A program made the translations under genes and the position numbers. Shown here piece by piece: positions 1 to 10,939 of a stretch of 64,000 bases of DNA. The stretch comes from a bacterium (GTDB lineage: Bacteria > Patescibacteriota > CPR2 > UBA1875 > JAJYID01). Within the stretch, counting starts at the first letter, position 1, and the number at the start of each line of letters is the position of its first letter. The notes beneath the pieces were generated by a model. That model made no database searches. It had not been told where the DNA came from and saw only the letters and a list, made by a program, of their open reading frames with translations. The stretch is taken from the NCBI GenBank assembly GCA_030647205.1, contig JAUSJO010000002.1, forward strand, positions 177,112 through 241,111, given 5' to 3'.

Positions 1-8
1 CTATCACA

Positions 9-1520
9 TTGGTTCTGATTCTTGCTGGGCTTGTAGCCGGCGGGGCCGGGGGATATTATGGCCGGAAAATGAAATCCCAGGACGCGCTTGAAAAGTCACA
101 GAAAGAAGCGGACAAGATAAAGAACGAAGCAAAAGAGGAAGCAAAAGAAGAGCTCCTAAAAGCTAAGGAAGAAGCGCTAAAGACCAAGGAAGAAGCAAAG
201 AAAGAGGAAAAAGAAAGGCGCGATGCCATTGCTCAGGGGGAGAAGAGAAACATTGAAAAAGAAAATGTTTTAGATGAGAGAACGAAGAAACTGGACGAAA
301 CTCGTGAAAAAGTCGAAAAGGATAAGGACGAAGTAGAAGCGGTCAAAAATGAGCTCCGTGACATCAGAAAAAAACAAATGGCAGCACTTGAGAAAATATC
401 AAAACTGACTACCGATAAGGCAAAAGAAAAACTCCTTGAGATAGTTGAGAAGGATTACAAAAAAGATGTTCTCGACTTTATCAAAAAAATTGAGGCAGAG
501 AAAAAAGAAGAGGCAGATAAAAAGGCGCGAGAAATTCTTTCAACTGCTATCCAAAGACTTGCCGGCGATATGACATCAGAGACGACTGTAACTGCCGTGG
601 CTCTTCCAAACGATGAGATGAAAGGTAGAATTATCGGTCGTGAAGGGCGAAATATTCAAGCCATCGAGAGAGCGACCGGTTGTGACATTATCGTTGATGA
701 TACCCCGGAAACTATTGTTATATCCGGGTTTGATCCGGTAAGGCGCCATGTGGCAAAAAGAGCCATTGAGGCAATGATGAAAGACGGTAGAATTCACCCG
801 ACAAAGATTGAAGAAGCAGTAGATAAAGCGCAGAAAGAAATCGATAAAGAAATCAAGGAAGCCGGTGAACAAGCCGTTTACAAAACGGGAGTGGCAGGCC
901 TTCCTTCAGATCTAGTGAAGGTTTTGGGTCGGTTAAAGTTCAGAACGTCATACGGACAGAACGTGCTTCAGCACTCAATGGAATGTTCATTCCTTGCGGG
1001 GACGTTAGCAAGCGAGCTTGGTGCGGACGTAAACCTAGCTAAAAAGGCAGGTCTTCTTCATGACATTGGTAAAGCGGTAGACCAGGAAATAGAAGGTTCT
1101 CATGCGATAATCGGTCGTGATATTGCCAAGAAGTTTGGTTTGGATGAAAAAATAATCAACTGTATTGAGGCTCATCACGAAGAGGCAGAGTTTAAGTCCG
1201 TCGAAGCGATTATTGTCCAGGTTGCGGATACTATTTCCGGCGGAAGACCCGGAGCAAGACGCGACACGATGGAAGCTTATATCAAGCGTCTTACCGAGCT
1301 TGAAAACATTGCAAACTCGTTTGAAGGTGTTGAAAAGTCATTCGCTATTCAGGCAGGACGTGAGGTCAGGGTGCTTGTATCACCAGAAACTCTTGATGAT
1401 CTTAAGGCCGAGAAACTAGCTAAAGAAATTGCCACAAAGATAGAGAAAGACCTGAAGTATCCAGGGCAAATAAAAGTTAATGTAATAAGGGAAAAGAGAA
1501 TAACCGAGTACGCAAAGTAG
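9..1520 (+). CDS. rny: Ribonuclease Y (N-terminal TM helix, coiled-coil, KH and HD domains); ORF reaches window edge, true start may be the TTG at 9 or upstream
   Basis: KH motif [21 protein letters not shown] motif LLHDIGKA, C-terminal [20 protein letters not shown] typical of RNase Y; followed by ymdB as in many genomes. Confidence 0.9.
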   Translation: MVLILAGLVAGGAGGYYGRKMKSQDALEKSQKEADKIKNEAKEEAKEELLKAKEEALKTKEEAKKEEKERRDAIAQGEKRNIEKENVLDERTKKLDETREKVEKDKDEVEAVKNELRDIRKKQMAALEKISKLTTDKAKEKLLEIVEKDYKKDVLDFIKKIEAEKKEEADKKAREILSTAIQRLAGDMTSETTVTAVALPNDEMKGRIIGREGRNIQAIERATGCDIIVDDTPETIVISGFDPVRRHVAKRAIEAMMKDGRIHPTKIEEAVDKAQKEIDKEIKEAGEQAVYKTGVAGLPSDLVKVLGRLKFRTSYGQNVLQHSMECSFLAGTLASELGADVNLAKKAGLLHDIGKAVDQEIEGSHAIIGRDIAKKFGLDEKIINCIEAHHEEAEFKSVEAIIVQVADTISGGRPGARRDTMEAYIKRLTELENIANSFEGVEKSFAIQAGREVRVLVSPETLDDLKAEKLAKEIATKIEKDLKYPGQIKVNVIREKRITEYAK

Positions 1521-1523
1521 GAT

Positions 1524-2324
1524 ATGGCTACCAAGAAGATAATTAAAATTCTTTTTATTGCTGACATTGTCGGTAAGCCCGGCAGAAGAACAGTAAAACA
1601 AATTCTACCCGATCTGAGGGAAGAAGAAGGGATAGATTTTGTCGTTGCCAATGGTGAAAACATGACATCGGGTCATGGGATGACAAAAGGATGTATGGAC
1701 GAACTGCTGGAAGTAGGGGTAGACTTCTTCACCTCGGGAAATCATATTTGGAAAAAACCGGAGTTTTTTACCGAACTTGAGAAGAAAGAAACTCCCGTTG
1801 TAAGGCCCGCTAACTATCCAGAAGATTCTCCCGGAGTAGGCTACAAAATAGTCAAAACAAAGTTTGGTAAACTTTTGATCGTAAATCTACTGGGCCGTGA
1901 GGGCATAAACTCTAATGTTGAGTCGCCATTTAAAACCATTGACGAGATACTTGAAAAAACAAAAGGGAAATACGATCTTTCACTAGTGGACTTTCACGCT
2001 GAAGTGACAAGTGAGAAAGTAGCGTTTGGTCTCTACCTTGATGGTCGGGTCAACGTGGTGGTTGGTACACATACTCATGTTCCAACAGCAGATGCAAGAA
2101 TTTTAAAAAAAGGCACGGCGTATATTTCAGATGCGGGAATGACAGGTCCGATAGAATCTGTCTTAGGGGTAAGAGCAGATATTATTATTGAGCTCTTTAC
2201 AACCGGGATTCCTCAGAAGTTTTATCATGAGACTGAAGGCCCATGCGTTTTTAACTCAGTGATAGTTGAACTTGAAAAAAAAGGGAAGATAATCCAGATT
2301 CGGCGTATTGATAAAGAAATCTAA
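1524..2324 (+). CDS. ymdB: YmdB-family metallophosphoesterase (2',3'-cyclic nucleotide phosphodiesterase-like, TIGR00282 type)
   Basis: ILFIADIVGKPGR...VVANGENMTSGHGMT...FTSGNHIW metallophosphatase motifs; conserved rny-ymdB adjacency. Confidence 0.8.
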   Translation: MATKKIIKILFIADIVGKPGRRTVKQILPDLREEEGIDFVVANGENMTSGHGMTKGCMDELLEVGVDFFTSGNHIWKKPEFFTELEKKETPVVRPANYPEDSPGVGYKIVKTKFGKLLIVNLLGREGINSNVESPFKTIDEILEKTKGKYDLSLVDFHAEVTSEKVAFGLYLDGRVNVVVGTHTHVPTADARILKKGTAYISDAGMTGPIESVLGVRADIIIELFTTGIPQKFYHETEGPCVFNSVIVELEKKGKIIQIRRIDKEI

Positions 2325-2422
2325 GCTTATGGTTGCATGGCAATTTAATGTATGTTATAAATTTTACTACTGTGTAAATTAAATATAATTAAACAGCCTC
2401 TTTAAGGGGGATAGGAGAAAAA

Positions 2423-2695
2423 ATGACAAAACACGATTTAGTAGAATCTCTTTCAAAAGAGACCGGTTACTCAAAAAAAGAAGTTGAAGCTTGCTTGAAG
2501 ACACTGACAAGCATTATTACCGATAAGGTAAGAAACGGCGAGAAAGTTGCCATTACCGGATTTGGTACATTTGATCTTGGGAAGCGCGCTTCAAGACGAG
2601 GCAGAAACCCTCAAAACGGTGACTACATTACAATTCCGGAGATGAAAATGCCAAGATTTCGAGCCGGTAAAAACCTCAAGGAAGCTGTAAGATAA
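2423..2695 (+). CDS. hup: HU/IHF-family nucleoid DNA-binding protein
   Basis: 90 aa, GFGTF and RRGRNPQNGD DNA-binding arm motifs; RBS GGGGGATAGGAG upstream. Confidence 0.85.
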   Translation: MTKHDLVESLSKETGYSKKEVEACLKTLTSIITDKVRNGEKVAITGFGTFDLGKRASRRGRNPQNGDYITIPEMKMPRFRAGKNLKEAVR

Positions 2696-2706
2696 AATTC
2701 GTGTTA

Positions 2707-2745
2707 AAATAAAAAATGAGTGCCAAGTGCACTCTTTTTTTATTG
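2707..2745 (+). terminator. Rho-independent terminator after hup (GAGTGC-CAAGT-GCACTC stem + T7)
   Basis: inverted repeat followed by TTTTTTT read directly; convergent with tRNA-Pro 3' end. Confidence 0.55.
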
Positions 2746-2820
2746 GTCGGGGTGAGAGGACTCGAACCTCCGGCCTCCTGCTCCCAAAGCAGGCGCGCTA
2801 GCCAACTGCGCCACACCCCG
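2744..2820 (-). tRNA. tRNA-Pro (anticodon TGG)
   Basis: reverse complement folds as cloverleaf: acceptor CGGGGTG/CACCCCG, anticodon stem CCTGC/GCAGG with loop TTTGGGA, T-loop TTCGAGT, 3' CCA encoded. Confidence 0.85.
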
Positions 2821-2949
2821 TTTATCTAGGATATTATACCCCAAAAACAAGTTTTTCTAAAGTAGATTTGTGTTGTAAATTGATATAGAAAAAGATATTG
2901 TTTATTGATAGACTAATGTCTGAGATTTTAGTTAAATAGCCATACAAAT

Positions 2950-3579
2950 ATGGATTTCTATAACTTTATTGTAAGTTTCAAATACGTAGCAATCTTTATC
3001 GGCACTTTTATAGAAGGTCCGACAGTTGGTTTGATAGTGGGTTTTCTTTCAAGGGTTCACTACATTAACCTGACATTGGGTTATTTCTCCCATGTTGCCG
3101 GTGATTTGGCGGCTGATCTTGTGTACTATACAATCGGCTATTTTGGCGGAGTTAGAATTGTGCCTAGGATGGCCAGGATCCTAAGGTTTTCAGTTAAGGA
3201 TGTCGAAAATATCGAAGAATCCTTTGATAAACATAGTAAAAAGGTCATAATTTTAGGTAAAGTAACTCATGTGATCGGCCTCCCTATTTTAATAGCTGCC
3301 GGTGGTGTGCGATATAAATGGTATAAATTTATTATCTTTGACCTTATTGCCACCTTGATTAAGTCAGCAATACTTGTTTTCATCGGATATCATTTTGGAG
3401 GCTTATGGGAAAAGGCGGATAACATTATATTTATTTTTTCAGGCATCGGTTTAATAATAGTGATTGGACAGGTCAGCATATTACTTATTAGAAGGTTCAT
3501 CAAAATAAAGAATGGGGATATTAAGATAGATGGTGCAGAAGAGGAGAAGCTGTTTAAAAAATGGAGGAAAAGAAAATAA
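2950..3579 (+). CDS. DedA/VTT-family membrane protein
   Basis: multi-TM with FIEGPTVGLIVGFL motif typical of DedA/SNARE-associated family. Confidence 0.5.
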   Translation: MDFYNFIVSFKYVAIFIGTFIEGPTVGLIVGFLSRVHYINLTLGYFSHVAGDLAADLVYYTIGYFGGVRIVPRMARILRFSVKDVENIEESFDKHSKKVIILGKVTHVIGLPILIAAGGVRYKWYKFIIFDLIATLIKSAILVFIGYHFGGLWEKADNIIFIFSGIGLIIVIGQVSILLIRRFIKIKNGDIKIDGAEEEKLFKKWRKRK

Positions 3580-4772
3580 GGATTTTAATCGCTAACGAAA
3601 CATATCCCCCTAATCTCAATGGATGCGCGGTTTTTACTCAACGTTTAGCACAAAACTTAGCAAAAAGAGGTCATGAAGTTGCTGTTGTCGCTCCTGGTCT
3701 AAAGTTTGGCGATTATTTAGAAAAAGATCAATACGGCGTCAATGTTTACGGGTTGCGCTCAATCTCTGTAAAAATGATTCATCCTAATTATAGGATTGTG
3801 ACTAAAGTGGATATTACTAAATCTGTTAGAAAGATAATAGCCAAATTCCAGCCAGACATAATCCACATACAAAATCATTTTCTAGTTGGCAGATCTTGTC
3901 TGAAGATTGCCAAAAAACAAGGGATTGCAATAGTAGGTACTAACCATTTTATGCCCGAAAATTATCTTCAATTTGCACCCAAGGCTACGGAAGGAACAAT
4001 GGCTAAAGTTTTATGGGCTGATTTCTTTAAGGTTTATAACCAGCTTGATTGTGTTACCGCTCCATCGCGCGCAGCCGTTCAGATGCTATACGATGTAGGG
4101 TATAAGAAAAAGGCAGAAGTTGTTTCAAATGGCATGGAGTTTGATAAATTCAAAAAAAGACCAACAAGCGGGAAACTTTTAAAAAAGTATAAACTAGATC
4201 AGGATATACCTACATTTATCTCTGTTGGAAGGATTGAAAAAGATAAAAATTTAGATGTGATACTCGGAGCCTTTGCTCTTTATCTTGAAAAGAATGATGG
4301 GCAGTTAATACTTGTCGGTAATGGGAAGCTTGAAAAAGATCTAAAGAAGCTGTCTGTGGCTTTAGGTGTTAAGGAGAAAGTTGTTTTTACTGGTAAAATT
4401 ACCGTTGATGAAGTATTTGAAGTTTATTCTTTGGCAGATGTATATATTGGGGCCGGAACGGCAGAGCTTCAGGGACTATCGGTGATGGAGGCAATGGCGT
4501 CGGGACTTCCTATACTTGTGGTAAATGCCGTTGCGCTTCCCGAACTTGTTAAGGATGGGGCAAATGGATATCTTTTCGAACTTAGTGTAGCGGATTTAGC
4601 AGAAAAAATGGGGGAAATCTTAGAGGATAAGGTAAAAATCAAGGAAATGGGCGCAAAAAGTTTGGAGATTATCGGTGCACACGATATGGCTAATACGATT
4701 GGCAAGTTTGAGAGGATTTACGAAAAGGTTATTAAAGAAAAGAAAAAATCTTATCCAAACTCAAGGAAGTAA
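3561..4772 (+). CDS. Glycosyltransferase family 4 (GT-B fold)
   Basis: N-terminal RILIANETYPPNLNGCAVFTQRLAQNLAKRGHEV and C-terminal EAMASGLPILV...DG.NGYL motifs typical of GT4. Confidence 0.7.
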   Translation: MEEKKIRILIANETYPPNLNGCAVFTQRLAQNLAKRGHEVAVVAPGLKFGDYLEKDQYGVNVYGLRSISVKMIHPNYRIVTKVDITKSVRKIIAKFQPDIIHIQNHFLVGRSCLKIAKKQGIAIVGTNHFMPENYLQFAPKATEGTMAKVLWADFFKVYNQLDCVTAPSRAAVQMLYDVGYKKKAEVVSNGMEFDKFKKRPTSGKLLKKYKLDQDIPTFISVGRIEKDKNLDVILGAFALYLEKNDGQLILVGNGKLEKDLKKLSVALGVKEKVVFTGKITVDEVFEVYSLADVYIGAGTAELQGLSVMEAMASGLPILVVNAVALPELVKDGANGYLFELSVADLAEKMGEILEDKVKIKEMGAKSLEIIGAHDMANTIGKFERIYEKVIKEKKKSYPNSRK

Positions 4773-4840
4773 TCTTAATTGTAAAAACAATTAGTCAAAT
4801 TCACTCTACCTCCTGATAGGCATTGTATGGCAAGACCTTT

Positions 4841-4851
4841 GTGCTATAATT
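4841..4851 (+). promoter_or_regulatory. Extended -10 (TGTGCTATAAT) upstream of giant surface protein gene 1
   Basis: TGnTATAAT consensus read directly ~75 nt before GTG start. Confidence 0.4.
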
Positions 4852-4923
4852 TTATTAGGTTATAAGCAAAAAAAGCGGGGGTTTATTGTAGTAAAGAATT
4901 CATCTAATAAAAGACCAGAAAAA

Positions 4924-7900
4924 GTGGGGCCTTTCAAGTTTTTGAGTTGGATTAGGTTTCATACTACTTTTTATTTGCACATGAAAGCTCACAAAATGAC
5001 TTGGTATAAAGAGTGGCATCAGGGTCGTTTACACCATCATTTCCATATTGCTATGCTTGCGTTTTACGCCGCCAGTATCTTTTTTGGTTTACTCGGTGTC
5101 TTTATCTCGGTTACACCAAAAAATGCTCTAGCTTCTACAAATTATGAATGGAACCTTAATACACCGTCTGAATATACCTATAATCCTAGCTATATCCAAT
5201 TTAATAGTGGAGTAGCCCAATCAACGGGGTATTCTGATCTTAAGATATATGCTTACGACATGTATTGTACAGATGTAAGCACATGTTTTTTGCTTGGTGA
5301 TTATGGAGGAGGCAAGTTATACAAGACTACAGATGGTGGAGAAAATTGGGTTTCAAAGAACCCAGGAACCACGCAAAGTTTACTGAGTGCCTATTTTGCC
5401 AATGCAAATGTTGGTTATATTGCTGCAACTAACGCCACAATTACAAAAACAACAAACGGTGGGAATAACTGGTCAGCTCCCCAGACCATGCCGCCTGAGG
5501 CAACAGGACGGAGCATCTATGGTATCTACTGCAAAGATCCGGAAGGGGGAACACCCGGAGATAACTGTTATGCAGTTGGTGGAAATGGTACTACCGGCCA
5601 AAGTATTATTTTAAGGACCACGAACGGAGGAACAACATGGACCGCACAAGCTCACGAAACAGCGGGCTATACCTATTTGGATGGTATTTTCTGTACAGAC
5701 TCTAATACTTGTTATGCGGCAGGGCATAGTGGTAAGCTCTTAAAAACTACTGACGGTGGCACAACTTGGGTAGCCCAAACATCAAATACGACAAACTCTC
5801 TTTTCCGGGCTTACTGTACCGATAGTAATACTTGCTACATGTCCGGAAGTGGTGGAACAATTTTAAAAACTACTGACGGAGGATCAAACTGGGTCGTGCT
5901 GGACTCGGGTAATCCGACTGCCCTTTTTAGGGATATTCAGTTTACAGACAGCCAAACAGGTTATGCAGTAGGATATATTGGAACGAACGGTCTTATTGTA
6001 AAAACTACTGACGGTGGGGCTACCTGGGCAACAAGTTGGACAGTTCCGGCGTCTTTATCTTACTTATATGGTATAAGTTGTCCTTCTGCCAATGTCTGCT
6101 ATATTGGAGGTTTTAATCAAGTAAAAACGGTAAATGCCGGTTCGAGCTGGACACCCATAATCTATCAACCAATACCCACCATCGTTCCTAACACGAGTCA
6201 AGATTTCACTGATTTGGCTGGATTTAAGGAAACATTAGGTGTTGGGAACGTAGGCACTATTCATTATCAAATTTCAAACAATGATGGAGCAACATGGTAT
6301 TGGTATAATAGTCAAAGCTCTGCCTGGGAAATCGCATATGATAGTTATTATCAAAATACAGCCGCAGAGATAAATAGCAACATCACAACTTTTACCGGTA
6401 ATTATGGAGGAGGTACCGGAAAGTTCAAGTGGAAAGCAGTATTTTATTTAGCGAGCGGAGGAGATCAAATGAAGCTTGATAGTGTCCAATTATCTCTCAA
6501 GGGTAATACTCCAAATAAACCTGAGTCACTTACTATTTCAGATGTGTCCAATAGGGATAAAGATGTTTGGGCACTTGCGCTTTCTTGGGATTCGCCACTT
6601 CCTGGGGCAGGAGAAATTAACTTTTTCAAAATAGAACGTTCTGATAATGGCGGACCTTGGACAGAAGTCGGCACAACAAACGATGGAACAAAAAGAGCTT
6701 ATGCAGAAGTTGTCCCAAGCTCGGAAGCCACATATTCTTATAGGGTGAGGTCGGTTGACCATGACGAAGTGGGAGGAATCTATAATGACGAATCTGAGCC
6801 ATCAAATGTTGTATCAATGATGCCTACAGGAAAGTATTCCAGTTTGCCATCCTTAATCGGTACGCCAACCACGACTACAACTGCAACATCTGCTAACATA
6901 AGCTGGTCAACGGACAGGGTGTCTTCTTCAACAGTAAAATATAGTACGGATACGAGTTATACTTTTATCGCCAGCAGTCCGCAGGTTGAAGTAACTTCTC
7001 ATGCGGTTTCGCTTAAAGGTTTGTTACCGGGAACAACCTATCATTATAAGCTTCAGTCACTTGATACTGAAAGGACCTACGGAACCGATGTTTACTATAC
7101 TGGTGAATATACTTTAACAACCCCATCTGCAACTGAAATATCCGGCTTAAAAATTTATGATATTCTCTCTGGCAGCGCCCTTGTTTCTTGGCAGACAAGC
7201 ACTGATATGGCGACTATCCTTTATTATGGAAAAGACAATAGCTATGGTACAACCATTGAGGCAAATAGCGGCACAAATCATGTAGCGAAGCTGATAGGAC
7301 TTCAAGATAACACCACCTACCATTTAAAAGTGAGCGGGACGGATGCCGGGGGTAATGCTATCCATTCAGATGACTACTCCTTCGAGACCTTGGCTTTGCC
7401 TAAAGCGACAAACATTGACTTTCAGGAGCTCAGAGATAGGCCTTCTTCAACTATAAAAATCACCTGGGAAACAAACATACCCACTTCCTCAGTGGTTGAG
7501 TATTCGGAGTCCGGAGGTAAACCTCAGGAAGTATCCGCTTATCAGCTTGTCACAAAACATGAGATGGTTGCATCGGGGCTAAAGGATAAAGATGAGTATA
7601 CTATGACCATAAAAGGACGTGATGCGTTCGGTAATGAGGTTACAACCTCGCCCCAAAAAGTAAAAACAGATATTGATGCAAGGCCGCCCGAGATTTCAGA
7701 AATCACTACAGAAACATCTATTGATGGTTATGGATCTGGCGCCAAGGCTCAGATGATTGTTTCTTGGTCTACTGATGAACCGGCGACATCACAAGTTGAG
7801 TACTCAAAAGGAGATGACGGAAAAAATCTAAGTATGGTAACTCAGGAAGACCCTTCTCTTACTACTTCTCATGCGGTAGTGATTTCCGGTCTTGAGCCAT

Positions 7901-8070
7901 CGACCTCTTATTATTTTCGTATAGTTACCAAGGATAGATCTACAAATGAGACAAAGTCAGAACTTAAGTCAGCCTTGACCGATCAAATTCGTCTTTCTAT
8001 TTTTGATATTATGTTGAAATCATTTGAGTCAACTTTGGGCTGGCTTTTTGGGGTTCAGAGTATTAACTAA
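4924..8070 (+). CDS. Giant secreted/surface protein 1: His-rich N-terminal segment + TM anchor, 7-bladed Asp-box (BNR/Ycf48-like) beta-propeller, array of fibronectin-III-like domains, conserved C-terminal motif
   Basis: repeated TTDGGxxW / TTNGGxxW Asp-boxes (x7), FN3-like units with YxYxxxSxD...S.S.TVxYSTDTSY...TSHAVSLKGLLPGTTYHYK; N- and C-termini paralogous to ORF 10940..15730. Confidence 0.75.
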   Translation: MGPFKFLSWIRFHTTFYLHMKAHKMTWYKEWHQGRLHHHFHIAMLAFYAASIFFGLLGVFISVTPKNALASTNYEWNLNTPSEYTYNPSYIQFNSGVAQSTGYSDLKIYAYDMYCTDVSTCFLLGDYGGGKLYKTTDGGENWVSKNPGTTQSLLSAYFANANVGYIAATNATITKTTNGGNNWSAPQTMPPEATGRSIYGIYCKDPEGGTPGDNCYAVGGNGTTGQSIILRTTNGGTTWTAQAHETAGYTYLDGIFCTDSNTCYAAGHSGKLLKTTDGGTTWVAQTSNTTNSLFRAYCTDSNTCYMSGSGGTILKTTDGGSNWVVLDSGNPTALFRDIQFTDSQTGYAVGYIGTNGLIVKTTDGGATWATSWTVPASLSYLYGISCPSANVCYIGGFNQVKTVNAGSSWTPIIYQPIPTIVPNTSQDFTDLAGFKETLGVGNVGTIHYQISNNDGATWYWYNSQSSAWEIAYDSYYQNTAAEINSNITTFTGNYGGGTGKFKWKAVFYLASGGDQMKLDSVQLSLKGNTPNKPESLTISDVSNRDKDVWALALSWDSPLPGAGEINFFKIERSDNGGPWTEVGTTNDGTKRAYAEVVPSSEATYSYRVRSVDHDEVGGIYNDESEPSNVVSMMPTGKYSSLPSLIGTPTTTTTATSANISWSTDRVSSSTVKYSTDTSYTFIASSPQVEVTSHAVSLKGLLPGTTYHYKLQSLDTERTYGTDVYYTGEYTLTTPSATEISGLKIYDILSGSALVSWQTSTDMATILYYGKDNSYGTTIEANSGTNHVAKLIGLQDNTTYHLKVSGTDAGGNAIHSDDYSFETLALPKATNIDFQELRDRPSSTIKITWETNIPTSSVVEYSESGGKPQEVSAYQLVTKHEMVASGLKDKDEYTMTIKGRDAFGNEVTTSPQKVKTDIDARPPEISEITTETSIDGYGSGAKAQMIVSWSTDEPATSQVEYSKGDDGKNLSMVTQEDPSLTTSHAVVISGLEPSTSYYFRIVTKDRSTNETKSELKSALTDQIRLSIFDIMLKSFESTLGWLFGVQSIN

Positions 8071-8095
8071 AAAGTATTTTTAAGGATACAAAAAC

Positions 8096-10057
8096 ATGTC
8101 AGATAAAGAACCACTGCTAATAGTTAAGAACATCAAAAAAAGATTCCTTGTTGGTAAAAGGGAAGTAAATGTTTTAAAGGGGGTTAATCTTGAGATAGAT
8201 CCCGGTGATTTTATTATAATAATCGGTCCATCAGGAAGCGGGAAAACCACACTTTTAAATACGATATTAGGACTTGAAAAACCCGATGAGGGGGAAATCA
8301 TTATCTCCGGTAAAAATATTTATAGTATGGATGAAGATAAAAGAGCTTATTTCAGGCGGGAAAAATTTGGTGTTGTTTATCAGCAATCGAACTGGATTAA
8401 ATCTCTAAATGTGATAGATAATGTTGCTTTTCCTCTGTCTATATCGGGTTTATCGCCCAAGACGATTAGGCGTAAAGCAAAAGAGATACTTTATCTTTTC
8501 AATTTTGATAAGTTTTCAAAGTATAGGCCGTCAGAACTTTCAGGGGGAGAACAGCAAAAACTTTCTGTTTGTCGAGCGCTTATTTCTGATCCACCCATAA
8601 TTTTAGCTGATGAGCCAACCGGCAATCTTGATTCTATCACAGCGGATGATTTGATGTATGACCTAAGGACCCTCAATGTTGAATCTAAAAAAACTATGAT
8701 TATGGTAACTCATAACCCTGATTATGAGAGATATGCTACAAAATTTGTTTGTATGGAAGATGGGGTTATCAAGAGTGTCAAAGTAAAAAGAAAAAATCTT
8801 TTGCAGACAGAGAAATCGATCAAAAAAACGGTTAACATATCTAAATATAGTTTTTGGATGAAGCTATGGTTTCTTTTAAAGTTATCTTTTAAAAATTTCA
8901 AAAAAAACAAAATGAGAACTCTTCTGACGTCAGGTGGCGTAGCCCTAAGTATTGGTTTTATTGCTTTTTTAGTTTCGCTTAGCTATGGTTTTCAAAATCT
9001 TTCTACGGAGGGGATCAAGAAAATGGAAGCGTTTCAGATGCTAGATGTTGATACGGGAAAATCGAAAATAGCCAATATAGATGATGAAGCTATTAAAAAA
9101 ATCTCAAACATTTTTGGGGTTGAGAAGGTGTATCCTTCAGTAAGTGTCGCCGGCGATTTCACTTTTCATGATAAAAAAATAAATGGGATTATATATGGTA
9201 GAGATATCGAAACCTTGAAAATAGAGAGGCCGAGAATCGTTGCGGGGGAGTCGTTTTCTTCAGATACATCCGAAGAAGTTATCCTAAATATAGTGCTAGC
9301 CAAGAAATTGGGGATGAGTAGTCCTGGCTCAATTGTTGGACAGAACATTGAAGTGAATACGATTATTCGTCCGGAGCTTCTAGAAAATGGCGGGGAAAAC
9401 TTCAAGTCTGATAATAGGCAATACAAAATAGTGGGACTAGTCGAAGAGGGTAACGCTCCGTATGTTTATACTCCTTTGGGGAGTTTGAAAAAAATGGGGA
9501 TTGTCAACTATAGCGAAGCAAAGGTTAAAACAACGACTCCGGACAATATAGATAGGATTAAGTCCCTCATAGAGCGCATGGGTTTCAAGGCAAGCTCAAT
9601 AAAGGATACGGTCGATCAGGCAAATCAGTTTTTTGGTATATTTAGAATGATTTTAGTCGTCTTTGGTATCATTGCAATTGCTGTTTCTTGCGTTGGGATG
9701 TTCAATACTTTGACCATTTCCCTAATCGAAAAAACTCGGGAGATAGGTGTCATGAAATCTATGGGGGCAACAAAGAAAGATGTGAGAAATATTTTTATTC
9801 TTGAAGCTTTATTTGTTGGTGTTATAGGGGGCTTATCGGGGGTGGCTCTTAGCTATCTTTTGGGAGAATTCTTTAATACCAGTATATATGCCCTAGCAAG
9901 ATCAACAGGTAATGAACCGGTTAAAATATTCATCTTTCCGCCGAATCTGCTGATATTCTCAGTGCTTCTGTCTTTGCTAATCAGTATTCTCACGGGTATT
10001 TATCCCGCAAGAAGGGCCTCAAAGATTAGCGCACTGGATGCTCTAAGGTATGAGTAG
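8096..10057 (+). CDS. MacB-like fused ABC ATPase + FtsX-family permease (single 653-aa ORF)
   Basis: Walker [10 protein letters not shown], signature [15 protein letters not shown], Walker [12 protein letters not shown], then in-frame FtsX permease ([16 protein letters not shown]..., 4 TM with large extracytoplasmic loop); paralogous to split pair 15764/16532. Confidence 0.8.
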   Translation: MSDKEPLLIVKNIKKRFLVGKREVNVLKGVNLEIDPGDFIIIIGPSGSGKTTLLNTILGLEKPDEGEIIISGKNIYSMDEDKRAYFRREKFGVVYQQSNWIKSLNVIDNVAFPLSISGLSPKTIRRKAKEILYLFNFDKFSKYRPSELSGGEQQKLSVCRALISDPPIILADEPTGNLDSITADDLMYDLRTLNVESKKTMIMVTHNPDYERYATKFVCMEDGVIKSVKVKRKNLLQTEKSIKKTVNISKYSFWMKLWFLLKLSFKNFKKNKMRTLLTSGGVALSIGFIAFLVSLSYGFQNLSTEGIKKMEAFQMLDVDTGKSKIANIDDEAIKKISNIFGVEKVYPSVSVAGDFTFHDKKINGIIYGRDIETLKIERPRIVAGESFSSDTSEEVILNIVLAKKLGMSSPGSIVGQNIEVNTIIRPELLENGGENFKSDNRQYKIVGLVEEGNAPYVYTPLGSLKKMGIVNYSEAKVKTTTPDNIDRIKSLIERMGFKASSIKDTVDQANQFFGIFRMILVVFGIIAIAVSCVGMFNTLTISLIEKTREIGVMKSMGATKKDVRNIFILEALFVGVIGGLSGVALSYLLGEFFNTSIYALARSTGNEPVKIFIFPPNLLIFSVLLSLLISILTGIYPARRASKISALDALRYE

Positions 10058-10355
10058 TAAAACAAGCGAAGTTTATAAAGTAGTTTCTGACATTCCCAAA
10101 GGCAAAGTGATGACTTATGGGCAGATTGGGGAAATCTTGAGCATGAATCCGAGACTAGTTGGCAGAATATTACACGAAAATCCGGATCCGGAAACTGTCC
10201 CTTGTCATAGAGTAGTAAACTCACGTGGTGAGGTGGCAGAAAAATATGCATTTGGCGGAGGGGATGCTCAAAGACAGAAGTTAAAGCAAGAAGGCGTTGA
10301 GTTTGTTGGTAACAGAGTAAATATTGAAAAAAGCTTTTACAAAAGAAATCATTGA
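10050..10355 (+). CDS. MGMT-family protein (O6-alkylguanine-DNA alkyltransferase DNA-binding/active-site domain only)
   Basis: VPCHRVV active-site Cys motif and preceding HTH region GQIGEIL; start overlaps upstream stop (ATGAGTAG). Confidence 0.6.
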   Translation: MSSKTSEVYKVVSDIPKGKVMTYGQIGEILSMNPRLVGRILHENPDPETVPCHRVVNSRGEVAEKYAFGGGDAQRQKLKQEGVEFVGNRVNIEKSFYKRNH

Positions 10356-10381
10356 CTTCGTCAAGAAAAGGGTGTATTATA
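10353..10381 (+). promoter_or_regulatory. Sigma70-like promoter (TTGACT-17-TATTAT) for RRM-protein gene with ~75-nt structured leader
   Basis: TTGACTtcgtcaagaaaagggtgTATTAT read directly; leader contains GAACGG...CCGTTTT hairpin just before start. Confidence 0.5.
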
Positions 10382-10460
10382 CGGGGGAACTAGAGAGCTC
10401 GCGATATTTAAGTAGATTTTTTCGAACGGATACCCGGGGGTTTCAAAGGGTTCCGTTTTA

Positions 10461-10760
10461 TTGTTTAAGAAAGGAAAAGCATTGGAAACAGAAGCAAACA
10501 AGCTATATGTCGGAAACCTGCCTTACAGCATGACCGACGAGTCTTTGGCAGAACTTTTCACCTCATTTGGTGAAGTTACCGAAGCAAAAGTCATTTCTGA
10601 CAAGTTTTCCGGTCGTTCAAAAGGCTTTGGTTTCGTAACCATGGCTGATGAGAAAATGGCCGAGAAAGCTATCGCTGAAATGAATGGCAAGGAAGTTGAA
10701 GGACGAGCAATCGTTGTCAACGTTTCAAGACCAAAAGAACCAAGACCAAACAGATACTAA
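10461..10760 (+). CDS. RRM-domain RNA-binding protein (glycine-poor bacterial Rbp type)
   Basis: RNP-2 LYVGNL and RNP-1 KGFGFVTM motifs. Confidence 0.8.
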   Translation: MFKKGKALETEANKLYVGNLPYSMTDESLAELFTSFGEVTEAKVISDKFSGRSKGFGFVTMADEKMAEKAIAEMNGKEVEGRAIVVNVSRPKEPRPNRY

Positions 10761-10788
10761 GATATCTTTAAAATCTTGATTTAAAAGA

Positions 10789-10822
10789 AAAATACCTCGA
10801 AAGGGGTATTTTTCTTTTTGGG
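10789..10822 (+). terminator. Rho-independent terminator after RRM gene
   Basis: AAAAATACCTCGAAAGGGGTATTTTTCTTTTT hairpin + T-run. Confidence 0.6.
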
Positions 10823-10939
10823 ACTTTTTGTTTTTCATTTATTTTGTTTGTGATATAATTTTTATATACTGTTTAAGGCAAAAGAAGGGAGGGTTGGATC
10901 GAGCCAAAGAAATCCCTTAGAAAAAGTAGGAAGATATCT

